Source: an uncultured Gemmatimonadales bacterium | GTDB taxonomy: Bacteria > Gemmatimonadota > Gemmatimonadetes > Gemmatimonadales > GWC2-71-9 | Direction of reading: 5' to 3' | NCBI GenBank assembly: GCA_963695555.1 | Contig: CAVOGR010000007.1 | Span: 736,001 to 800,000 of the forward strand | DNA: 64,000 bases | Shown: positions 21,376-32,356 of the stretch, piece after piece | How the letters are laid out: each line of letters begins with the position of its first letter | Numbering within the stretch: position 1 is the first letter of the stretch | Made by a program: the position numbers and the translations under genes | The notes under the pieces: model-generated | Seen by the model: the letters and a program-made list of their open reading frames with translations, nothing else | The model's database searches: none | Told to the model about the DNA's origin: nothing

Positions 21376-22493
21376 TGCGCCGTTCGATTCTCCTTGCCGC
21401 GCTCGTCCTCCTGGGGGTCGGTGCACCCCTCCGAGGCCAGAGCTGGGGGGCCAGCTATTTCCCGTACGTCACGAGCCGCTCGAGCGAGTTCCCGGTCTTC
21501 GCATTCCGGTATCTCTATGCGAAACCAGCTGAATGGGACGCTCCCTACGTCGCCGCCGGCGATGTCCGAGCGGACGTGGGCGTGGGCGTGCGCGGGGGTT
21601 GGCTGGCAGGGGTGCGGTTCCGAGCACCGGGGCTTTGGGACGGATGGCGTCTGCAGGCCGAGGTCTCGGCCGCCCGCGCACCCCGCCAACACTACTTCGG
21701 ACTCGGCAACGCGACGGTGGTCGATGACCAACTCGCAAATAGCGAGGAATTCTTCTACCGCGTCAAGCGTGCACGCTACCGGGCCAACGTTGAGGTCACT
21801 CGCCGGCTCGCCGGCCGGTTGCATCTTGCCGTCAGCCCGTCTCTCTCGTTTGTCAGGTATTCCGCGCACCCGGGAGCCTCGGTATTCACCAACGACTTCG
21901 GCCCGAAGCTCGAAGACACCGACGCCACGCTGCGCACCAGCTTGATCTACGATAGCCGAGACACCGACTACAACACCCACCATGGGGTACTGCTCGAAGT
22001 GGGCGGAGCGGTCGGCAGCGGGGGTGATGGCTACACGCGCCTCTATACGAACTTGCGGGGCTGGCTCACACTCCGTGAGGGCACGGTCGTGGCCGGGCGC
22101 GTGGTTGCGGCTGGCATGGGCGGCACCCCACCGCTCGACGCCCGCTTCAACCTGGAAATGTGGGAGAAGCAGGTTGGGGCCTACGGCGGTGATCAATCCA
22201 ACCGTGGGACGTCCGACGGCCGCTATCTCGGCACGGACGCCCTATTTGTCAACGCGGAGGTACGCCACGACCTGCTCAACCTGGGTAACTATGGGGCCGT
22301 GAGCCTGCTTGCCTATTTCGACGCGGGCCGGGTGTTCGAGCGCGAGTCGTTCCGCCTCACAACTGAGGACTTCCACGTGGGCGTCGGCGGTGGCCTCGCC
22401 GTTCGTATCCTCCGGTCGAACATCGTCACTTTCAACTTCGGTGATGGCCCGGAGGGGTTCGAGTTCGAGTTCGGCAGCGGATGGATGTTCTAG
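21375..22493 (+). CDS. Omp85/BamA-TamA family outer-membrane beta-barrel (no POTRA domains)
   Basis: Signal peptide; YDSRD, NRG...GRY, FDAGRVF, GGGL; C-terminal Phe (GWMF). Confidence 0.75.
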   Translation: MRRSILLAALVLLGVGAPLRGQSWGASYFPYVTSRSSEFPVFAFRYLYAKPAEWDAPYVAAGDVRADVGVGVRGGWLAGVRFRAPGLWDGWRLQAEVSAARAPRQHYFGLGNATVVDDQLANSEEFFYRVKRARYRANVEVTRRLAGRLHLAVSPSLSFVRYSAHPGASVFTNDFGPKLEDTDATLRTSLIYDSRDTDYNTHHGVLLEVGGAVGSGGDGYTRLYTNLRGWLTLREGTVVAGRVVAAGMGGTPPLDARFNLEMWEKQVGAYGGDQSNRGTSDGRYLGTDALFVNAEVRHDLLNLGNYGAVSLLAYFDAGRVFERESFRLTTEDFHVGVGGGLAVRILRSNIVTFNFGDGPEGFEFEFGSGWMF

Positions 22494-23047
22494 CCTGCCG
22501 AGCGTCGCTCCGGCTGGGCTGACACGGGTAGCTGGGCTGCTTCCAACACCTCCCTGAGAATCGTCCGCCCACGGTCTTTCGCGTACCACCGCCGTACCAG
22601 CGGATACAACTCCCCCTTCGGTACGACCGACCGCCGCTCCAACACAAAGCGTTGGAGCTCGCGCGGCCGCGGGCCCCAATGCCCGAGCTCCTCGAAGTCG
22701 GGGCCCAACGCGATGACGATGGGAATCGACCGCGACCCTTCCGTCAGATACGCATCCATGACCGCGGGGTGTTCGTCCCGGCGGAGGATCTTGAGGTCGA
22801 GACCCGCGGTCTGATGGACCCACTTGGCGATGACGGGCACGGCGTTGGATGCGTCGCCGCACCAGTCCTCGGCGATGGCCAGGAACCTCCGCGTGGTCCC
22901 TGCTGGAACGGCCTCGCTGGCCCACTGGGGGATCTCCGCCACCCGGTAGACGCCACTCCATAAGCCGTGGTGCTGCGCCGCCCCGGCGACGAAGTCTTCA
23001 TACGAGAGCGCTGCGTCCCAGAGCGCTCTGAAATCGAGTTCAGTCAT
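22490..23047 (-). CDS. Thioredoxin-like protein (single-Cys WCGD type)
   Basis: AEDWCGDA, RSIP (cis-Pro loop), WGPRP. Confidence 0.85.
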   Translation of the reverse strand: MTELDFRALWDAALSYEDFVAGAAQHHGLWSGVYRVAEIPQWASEAVPAGTTRRFLAIAEDWCGDASNAVPVIAKWVHQTAGLDLKILRRDEHPAVMDAYLTEGSRSIPIVIALGPDFEELGHWGPRPRELQRFVLERRSVVPKGELYPLVRRWYAKDRGRTILREVLEAAQLPVSAQPERRSAG

Positions 23048-23074
23048 GATGAATAAAGAACACCAATCGACCCG

Positions 23075-24217
23075 TTAGAGTTCCTGAAGGGCGATGCCGC
23101 GTCCCGCAAGCTCCGCGACGTATCCGTCGAACGGCACTGCGTCGTCCGGCATGCGAACCCCCCGGGCCGTGATCCGGCCGTCGACCTGCATTTGGCCCGT
23201 GATCGAGAGCGAATATCCCGTCGTCCGCATCATCGCGCTAATACCGCGTTCGGCATCGTAGTAGTCGACGAGCCGCCACCGGAATGTGCACGGCGCGCCG
23301 TTTTTGATCCCGGCCACCTCCACCCGGAGGGCCACGAGATCTCGTCCTTCAGGTTTCCGAAGCTTGGGGCCCACGGCCGCGACGAACACATCTCGCGGCA
23401 CGACCCGCTGGCCCTTGACCTCGATGGGTTCGAGAGCGAGTAGCCCCAGCTCCCGAATCGGCCTCATGACGGCCATATGCCCGGGGTACCGCAGGGTCTT
23501 GTACTCCATAGTGTCGATCTTGCCCTCGTACTGCCACGGCATAGTGCTGATGCCCCCGGCCGTATGAAATGCCTCGAGCCTATGGATCGGTGCCGGGAAT
23601 TCCAAGTGCTCCAGCTCACTCAAGGAATCCACCTGCACCCGCCGTCCCTCGCGCAAGACGAAGGACGGGGTGGTGTAGTAGTCGAGCGCACCCTCGAGCG
23701 AATAGACGATTTGATAGTTCAGCGGAGGCTCGGGATGCTGGGGCAATCCCCCAACGTAGATCTTCACGCTTTGCGCCTTGGTAAGACGCCGGATTCCCTC
23801 GGCGGCCACGATATTGATCATGCCCGGCGCGAGCCCGCAGTCGGGAATCAGCGAGAGGTTCTTGTCGCGCGCCGCCGCATCGAGTTGCTGCTGCTCGAAC
23901 ACGATCTCGGTATTGCCACCAAGATCTGCGAAGTGACACCCTGCCTCGACAGCGAGCTTCGCCATGGTGCCGTTGAAGTAATACGGCAACGCGCACATGA
24001 CGCTGTCGTGACGTTCCATCAGGCTCAGCACGGCGGCGTGATCGGTCACATCCAAGGGCACCGGGCGCAGTCGCGGGTCGGCACGGCTCGCGAGGAAGCT
24101 CCGAATTCGATCGGGTTTCAAGTCGGCTAGGGTCACCACTCGCACGGCGGGATTGTTCAGCAGGTCGTAGGCGCAGGCCGATCCCTGCAGGCCAGCCCCA
24201 AGCACCAGCATATTCAT
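23075..24217 (-). CDS. Saccharopine dehydrogenase family / lysine 6-dehydrogenase
   Basis: VLGAGLQG Rossmann motif, ALPY, DLGGN, DCGLAPG, VGGLP, YKTLRYPGH, AMMRTTG. Confidence 0.9.
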   Translation of the reverse strand: MNMLVLGAGLQGSACAYDLLNNPAVRVVTLADLKPDRIRSFLASRADPRLRPVPLDVTDHAAVLSLMERHDSVMCALPYYFNGTMAKLAVEAGCHFADLGGNTEIVFEQQQLDAAARDKNLSLIPDCGLAPGMINIVAAEGIRRLTKAQSVKIYVGGLPQHPEPPLNYQIVYSLEGALDYYTTPSFVLREGRRVQVDSLSELEHLEFPAPIHRLEAFHTAGGISTMPWQYEGKIDTMEYKTLRYPGHMAVMRPIRELGLLALEPIEVKGQRVVPRDVFVAAVGPKLRKPEGRDLVALRVEVAGIKNGAPCTFRWRLVDYYDAERGISAMMRTTGYSLSITGQMQVDGRITARGVRMPDDAVPFDGYVAELAGRGIALQEL

Positions 24218-24281
24218 AACGAAGCCTTATGGTCGAAGTAAAAAGCCACCGAATGTACCGAGACCCGCTCCACGCTTCAAC

Positions 24282-25115
24282 TCACTTGCCGGCGATACGC
24301 CCCGGCCCGCCGCTGAAATAGGTCGGCATCCTGGGATGACGCGGTGCAGATGTGAGCACGACTCGACGGACGCTGCCCGGTCCCAAGGGACGAACTTCGA
24401 GGTCACCCTGTCTGACATAGCCGATCGAATCCGAGCCCCACCGCACGGGGTCGTGTCCACCGGTTACCAGCAGCGTCTCCGTGCCTGCGGGCGGATACAC
24501 GCAGAGGGCGGACTCGGTGCCCTTCCACGAACACGCGCGCACTTCCGCAAAGGCCGGTGACCCGACGTAGACTCGGAATGCCGAGTCTGCATCCGCCCGG
24601 GATGACGGCGGAACGGCGACTGCAGCCGCCCTCGCTGGAGGCGGTTCCAGGAGGTACACGCCGACATTGGTGGCCACATAGAGCGACGCGCCGTCGAGGC
24701 TCCACCCGATGTGGTGAATCAACTCGTTGGTGGACGCGCGAAAGAGCGTGCGCTCGGCGCCGTTCAGGAGGTTCAACACGACGATCCGGTAATCAGCCGA
24801 GTCGGCCGCCTGACGGCTTCGGAGAAACGCGACCGTGGTGCCGTCAGGGGCCAGCAGCGGCATCGTCTCGTGCAGGCGGGTAAAGGTGACCGGATGGACT
24901 GCTCCGCCGGCCGCAGCAACGGCAAAGAGGTCTCCTGCGCCCTCCTCGCCGTCGCCGACGAAGATGACAAAGGGTTCGGCGCCAACCGCGATGCGATTCT
25001 GGAGCGGCGAGAACGAGACGCGGCAGCCGAGCGTTCCGAAGCTCAGGATGGCGATCAGCCCAGCGACACGGCGATTGCGAATCCACCGACCCGCGGGAGT
25101 TGTGTTCTCCGTCAG
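24282..25115 (-). CDS. Lipoprotein with TolB/PD40-like repeats (non-canonical start)
   Basis: The frame of the 24282..24863 ORF stays open to 25124 and contains a signal peptide with lipobox (RRVAGLIAILSFGTLGC). PD40-like motifs DLFAV, PDGTTVAF, WSLDG. Confidence 0.65.
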   Translation of the reverse strand: MTENTTPAGRWIRNRRVAGLIAILSFGTLGCRVSFSPLQNRIAVGAEPFVIFVGDGEEGAGDLFAVAAAGGAVHPVTFTRLHETMPLLAPDGTTVAFLRSRQAADSADYRIVVLNLLNGAERTLFRASTNELIHHIGWSLDGASLYVATNVGVYLLEPPPARAAAVAVPPSSRADADSAFRVYVGSPAFAEVRACSWKGTESALCVYPPAGTETLLVTGGHDPVRWGSDSIGYVRQGDLEVRPLGPGSVRRVVLTSAPRHPRMPTYFSGGPGRIAGK

Positions 25116-25124
25116 CGGAAGCGC

Positions 25125-26222
25125 TCAGTCTCGAGCGGGGTTGGCATACACCCCGTCGAGCGCGGTCGAGGGACTGGGCAGCTCGGCCCGGCTGGCCAAC
25201 GCCCGCTCCACTGCCAGATCGACCTCTCGGGTCACGGCATCCTCCACGACCTGCAACCGGGAATCGGGCACACCGGAACGTGTCAGGTACTCCTCGTAGA
25301 GGCCTATGGGGTCGCGCTTCCCCCAATATGCAAACAAATCGGGAGGAAACGTCTCCCGCGCCTCACGCTCGTCGTGCGTCGCGTGGCCCCCCATTCGAAA
25401 GGTCTCGGCCTGCAGCAGCACAGGGCCGCCGCCCCTCCGGCACTGATCGACGGCCAGCTGGGTCGCGGCGTACGCGTCGAGAACGTTGTTGCCATCGAAC
25501 CCCCAGCCCGCCATGCCGTAGGCGGTGGGCCACTCCGTGAAGTCACGTGCCACGTGGTGTTGGTTCAACCTTGTGCCGAGGGCCACCTGATTGTTCTGGA
25601 TGATGAACACGACCGGGAGTTTGGCGACGGCGGCGAAATTCAGGCCTTCATGGACCACGCCGGCCTTGGTGGTGCCGTCACCAATCCAGTTGAGCACCAC
25701 AGCCTTCGCGTGCCGCATTCGGTTGGCCAAGGCCACGCCGGCGGCGACCGGCACCATTGTCCCAACCGGCGAAACGGGTTGCAGCACGTGGTGTTCCACG
25801 GACCCGACGTGGAGATCGCGTCCTCCCGACGGGGAATCCGCGCTCGCCAGGTAGGCCCGCAGCATGCAGTCGAGGGGCATACCCATGTCGCAACAGGCCG
25901 CGGCGTTCCGAATCATCGGCACCGCGTAATCCATCCCGGGCGTGAGGGCAAAGACGGGGCCGACGGTGGACGCTTCCTCGCCGGTGCCGAGCCAGGCTTT
26001 GGAGATCACGCCCTGGCGCACCCAGCGTGAGAGTGCAATGTCCTGGAGCCGAGCCCTGACCAGGCGCCGGTAGAGCTCGAGGAGGTCGTCCCGGTCGAGT
26101 TCGGCAATCAGCCGCTGCCGGTCCGGGTCTTGGGCGACAGTCGCTTCGAAGGCGTCGACCAGATCGGGATCGGCTATCCAGCCCACGTACTCCGGAGGCT
26201 CGAAGGCGGAGTAGCGTTTCAC
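25125..26222 (-). CDS. TPP-dependent 2-oxoacid dehydrogenase E1 alpha subunit
   Basis: GTGEEA, TPP motif GDG...HEGLNFA...PVVFIIQNN, VGFDGN-like segment, TFRMGGH, DPI. Confidence 0.88.
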   Translation of the reverse strand: MKRYSAFEPPEYVGWIADPDLVDAFEATVAQDPDRQRLIAELDRDDLLELYRRLVRARLQDIALSRWVRQGVISKAWLGTGEEASTVGPVFALTPGMDYAVPMIRNAAACCDMGMPLDCMLRAYLASADSPSGGRDLHVGSVEHHVLQPVSPVGTMVPVAAGVALANRMRHAKAVVLNWIGDGTTKAGVVHEGLNFAAVAKLPVVFIIQNNQVALGTRLNQHHVARDFTEWPTAYGMAGWGFDGNNVLDAYAATQLAVDQCRRGGGPVLLQAETFRMGGHATHDEREARETFPPDLFAYWGKRDPIGLYEEYLTRSGVPDSRLQVVEDAVTREVDLAVERALASRAELPSPSTALDGVYANPARD

Positions 26223-27262
26223 GAACTCGGACTCGGCACCGCGCCGCTCCCCTCGAGGGCCGTGAGAAAGGCGGCCATGCTGGGATAGCGATCGGTGGGA
26301 TCCGTGGCCAGGGTCGTGCGAATGACCGCCTCGAGGGCGGGTGGGAACGCTGGCTTGATCGACCGGATGCCGCGGGGAGCCTTGGTGAGACGCGCGATCA
26401 TCTGGTCCTGGGGTGTGCGGCCCTGGAAAGGCAACTCGCCGGTGAAGAGTTCGAAGGCGAGCACGCCGAGTGCAAAGAGATCGCTTCTCTCATCGAGCGC
26501 TTCGCCACGCACTTGCTCGGGGCTCATGAATTCAGGCGTCCCAAGTACGATCCCCGTCGCGGTGAGTTTTTGCAGCTCGGCCGTGGCAGCCATGTGCTTC
26601 GCCAGGCCGAAGTCCATGACCACGCCGCGTTCCCCCGCGGGCCGCTCCGGCGCCGCCACCAGCATGACATTTTCGGGCTTGAGATCTCGGTGGAGGATGT
26701 GCACCCGATGGGCGTGTGCCAGGCCATGAGCGACATCGACGAGCAACGGCACGCCGGTCGAGAGATCGAATGCCCCTCGGGTATCGAGGGCCTCGGCCAG
26801 GCTTTGACCTTTGAGGAACGGCATGACAAGGAAGAGAAAGCCTTCCACCGTCTCGCCGACAAACAGAATAGGGCAGACGTTGGGGTGATCGAGCTGCATG
26901 GCGAGCTGCGCTTCGCGACGTAGCCGCTCGACGGCTTTCTCGTCGTCTGCCAACTGGGGAGCCAGCACCTTGAGTGCGCACACGGCACCGGTGTCGCGCT
27001 CCCGAGCCTGGTACACGATGGCCATCCCGCCTTCGCCGACTCGCTGGACGACTTCGAACCGATCAACCAGCACCTGTCCCATGAGCGTTCGTGCCTGGCT
27101 CGCCCGCGTCGCAGCCGCGGCTTGCGCTCCGCCTGCGGGGCGCGGTGTGCCACGGGCGGCGGCGCTTCGTCCGGCGGGCATCTCGACCAGCGGCGAGCCG
27201 TCGCGCGGGCAAAACCGTGCTGGCGGTGAGTACGTTGTCTGACAACGAGGGCAGCGTCGCAC
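26219..27262 (-). CDS. Cytoplasmic Hanks-type Ser/Thr protein kinase with N-terminal zinc ribbon
   Basis: CPRC..FCPRDG; GEGGMAIVY, ALK, HRDLKPEN, DFGLAK, GTPEFMSPEQ. No transmembrane segment. Confidence 0.92.
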   Translation of the reverse strand: MRRCPRCQTTYSPPARFCPRDGSPLVEMPAGRSAAARGTPRPAGGAQAAAATRASQARTLMGQVLVDRFEVVQRVGEGGMAIVYQARERDTGAVCALKVLAPQLADDEKAVERLRREAQLAMQLDHPNVCPILFVGETVEGFLFLVMPFLKGQSLAEALDTRGAFDLSTGVPLLVDVAHGLAHAHRVHILHRDLKPENVMLVAAPERPAGERGVVMDFGLAKHMAATAELQKLTATGIVLGTPEFMSPEQVRGEALDERSDLFALGVLAFELFTGELPFQGRTPQDQMIARLTKAPRGIRSIKPAFPPALEAVIRTTLATDPTDRYPSMAAFLTALEGSGAVPSPSS

Positions 27263-27264
27263 GC

Positions 27265-28695
27265 CTAGTCCCGATAGCAGTTGCGGCCTTCGCGCTTGGC
27301 CCGATACAGATTCTGATCTGCAAGGTGCAGAAACGATGCCTCATCCGGAGCGCTGGCGTTGGGAAAGGTCGCTCCACCGATGCTTACGGTCAGGCGAATT
27401 GGAGAGGCTCCATCCCCGAACGTGCGGCCGCCCACATCACGGAGGATGCGTTCGGCAAAGATCCGGGCTCCGGTGGCCCCGGTTTCAGGAAGCAGGACGA
27501 CGAACTCTTCTCCACCGTAGCGGGCGACGAGGTCCATGGCCCGTTGTTCGCGCTGCAGCATGGACGCGAACTGTCGGAGGACCCGGTCCCCGACCGCATG
27601 GCCATACGTGTCGTTCACTTCCTTGAAGTTGTCGATGTCGATCATCAAGCACGCAAGTATGGTGCTGAAGCGATTGGCTCGATCCATCTCCACCGCGAGC
27701 CGGTCCGTGAGCGCTCGGCGATTGTAGGTTTCGGTTAGCGGGTCCAGTTCCGCGAGCCGCTGCATCTCTTCCCTGCTGGCAACCGCCGCCTCGACGTCGT
27801 GCGCCTTCTCCAGAGCGGACACCGCGGCCGTGATGACCTGTTGCGCGAATCGCGCGTCGGCTTCGTTGAGGGGAGGATCCTGCGCCGTGGTGCGAAGGAA
27901 GAAGACCCCGGCCAATTGTTCTCGCAACGAGAAGGGGATCGAGACGACCGATTTCGTCGGGACGATCATGCCGTCGGCCTCCCACTCGGCACGGATGCCC
28001 TGATAGAGCGGATCGGTCGTGACATCCTGCACCAGGACCATGGTTTGGCGATCGAGGGTTTCCAGAATCTCGGGGTAGCGTTTGAGATCGACCTCGAGGC
28101 TCCGCAGGTTCGGGTTTTCATAGGCCGCCGCGACCGTGCCGGTGGAGTCCGACGTGCCCGCCAGGATAATGGAGCATTTTGAGATGTTGAGCCCACGGGC
28201 CACCCGCCGGACCAGGATCTGGTAGATCTCCGCGGAACTGATGCTCATGGTGACTTCCCGCATGATATCCATCATCGCTTCGCGGGATCGCGCCTCGGCG
28301 CGGGCCTGGTCCAATTCCCGACTGGAACGCAGGTGTGCTTTCACCCGCGCCAAGAGCTCCCGAATCCGAATCGGCTTGGGGATGAAATCGGCGGCGCCCA
28401 GTCCGAGCGTGGTGATCGTGGCCTCCTCCGGAGGCATGGAGGAGATCATGAGCACCGGCAAGTACTTGAGCTGCGGGTGCGTTTTGATGCCCTCCAACAG
28501 ACTGAGCCCGTCGCTCTCCGGCATGAGGATATCCAGCAACAGCAGGTCGTAGTGGCCAGCAAGAAGCCGCTCGATCAAGTGCAGGCCGCTCGAGATGGTC
28601 TCGACCTCATAGCCGCTGTCCTTCAGAACCCAAGAGAGCGTTCGGTTCAGCGTCTCATCGTCGTCGGCGATGAGGATCTTCGGGGCCAGAGTCAT
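27265..28695 (-). CDS. Response-regulator diguanylate cyclase (REC-GAF-GGDEF)
   Basis: ILIADDD, LLLDILMP, KP; GAF-like middle region; DIDNFKEVNDTYGH, I-site RAMD, GGEEF. Start at ATG 28695 (ATGA overlap). Confidence 0.92.
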   Translation of the reverse strand: MTLAPKILIADDDETLNRTLSWVLKDSGYEVETISSGLHLIERLLAGHYDLLLLDILMPESDGLSLLEGIKTHPQLKYLPVLMISSMPPEEATITTLGLGAADFIPKPIRIRELLARVKAHLRSSRELDQARAEARSREAMMDIMREVTMSISSAEIYQILVRRVARGLNISKCSIILAGTSDSTGTVAAAYENPNLRSLEVDLKRYPEILETLDRQTMVLVQDVTTDPLYQGIRAEWEADGMIVPTKSVVSIPFSLREQLAGVFFLRTTAQDPPLNEADARFAQQVITAAVSALEKAHDVEAAVASREEMQRLAELDPLTETYNRRALTDRLAVEMDRANRFSTILACLMIDIDNFKEVNDTYGHAVGDRVLRQFASMLQREQRAMDLVARYGGEEFVVLLPETGATGARIFAERILRDVGGRTFGDGASPIRLTVSIGGATFPNASAPDEASFLHLADQNLYRAKREGRNCYRD

Positions 28696-29684
28696 CCGTC
28701 CACCAATTGCTGGAAGAGCGTGGGGTCGATGTTGCCGCCGCTCACGATTGCAACCGTCGGGCCGTGAGATCTGACTCCACCCGTGAGGAGCGCCGCCGTG
28801 GTGGCCGCGCCGGACGGTTCTGCCCGAACGCCGCATTCCCGCCAGAGGAACCGGACGGCGCTGGCGATCTGGTCATCGCCGACTTGGATGGTCTGATGCA
28901 CCACCGGACGGATCATCGGGAAGGTCAGGCTGCCGATTGCGAGAGGAAGCAGGCCATCTGCGACACTCTCAGCCCGCTCGAGCGACACCGGCCTCCCGGC
29001 GGCCATGGCGGCGGAGAGTTTGGCCGCGCCCGAGGGCTCGACGCCGATGACATGAACGTGGGGCTTGAGCGCGGCCACGACCAGACAGATACCGGCGAGC
29101 AGCCCTCCCCCGCCGACCGGGACCAGAATGGTCTCGACGTCAGGGGCCTGCTCGAGGATCTCGAGGCCGCATGTGGCCTGGCCAGTGATGACTTCCGGAT
29201 CATCGAACGGGGGAATAATGGTGAGGCCTTCCGCACTGGCGAATGCCTCCGCCTTGGCTCGCCGGGTGGTAGACGTGGGCCCGCCCCACCGGACCTCGCC
29301 GCCGAGTCGCTTGACTCCGTCCACCTTGATGGCCGGGGCATGATCGGGCATCACCACTACCGCCCGAGTGCCGAGCCGTCCGGCCGCGTATGCCACGGCC
29401 TGCCCGTGATTGCCGCTCGAGTAGGTGATCACACCGGCGGTTCGCTCTTCTTCCGACAGCCGGGCGATGGCCGTGTAGGCGCCTCGGATCTTGAACGCCC
29501 CCACCGGTTGGAGATGCTCCCCCTTGAGGGCGACCATGCCACCGGTTTCTCGCTCCAAGGATGGGACGGTAATGAGGGGGGTTCGGACGGCAACGCCTTC
29601 GAGCGCACGTGCGGCATCGCGCACGCTCTCGAGCGTGAGCGCCGGGTGTAGTGGACCCCGGCGGGGGATCGAGGCCTCCGTCAC
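28692..29684 (-). CDS. PLP-dependent threonine/serine dehydratase (fold type II, no regulatory domain)
   Basis: LKGEHLQPVGAFKIRGA, SSGNHGQA, VPVGGGGL, EPSGA, SGGN. Confidence 0.9.
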   Translation of the reverse strand: MTEASIPRRGPLHPALTLESVRDAARALEGVAVRTPLITVPSLERETGGMVALKGEHLQPVGAFKIRGAYTAIARLSEEERTAGVITYSSGNHGQAVAYAAGRLGTRAVVVMPDHAPAIKVDGVKRLGGEVRWGGPTSTTRRAKAEAFASAEGLTIIPPFDDPEVITGQATCGLEILEQAPDVETILVPVGGGGLLAGICLVVAALKPHVHVIGVEPSGAAKLSAAMAAGRPVSLERAESVADGLLPLAIGSLTFPMIRPVVHQTIQVGDDQIASAVRFLWRECGVRAEPSGAATTAALLTGGVRSHGPTVAIVSGGNIDPTLFQQLVDG

Positions 29685-29693
29685 CTGGGCTGC

Positions 29694-32174
<2,481 letters not shown>

Positions 32175-32229
32175 CGGGGTCCGAGGCTCGAAAATGTGAC
32201 GGCTGAGAGGCAGGCAAAACGAACCGTTA

Positions 32230-32259
32230 AATATACCCGCACCGAGGCCACCGGGGCAA
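32230..32259 (-). promoter_or_regulatory. Candidate sigma70 promoter of the gyrA operon
   Basis: Minus strand TTGCCC-N18-TATATT, about 55 nt upstream of the gyrA ATG. Confidence 0.5.
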
Positions 32260-32356
32260 CCACCGGGCCGGTGAGTAACTCCATATTGGTCAACGGGTTA
32301 TACCGGCGGTTTCCGGCCTCGCACGGCCGACGGTTTCGCCCCGATCGCGGGGTGCC

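Noticed and set aside
25125..25127. E1-alpha TGA as a selenocysteine codon fusing it to the downstream lipoprotein
   Set aside because: It lies at the normal E1-alpha C-terminus with no Cys-homologous context, and fusing a cytoplasmic enzyme to a lipoprotein signal peptide is implausible.
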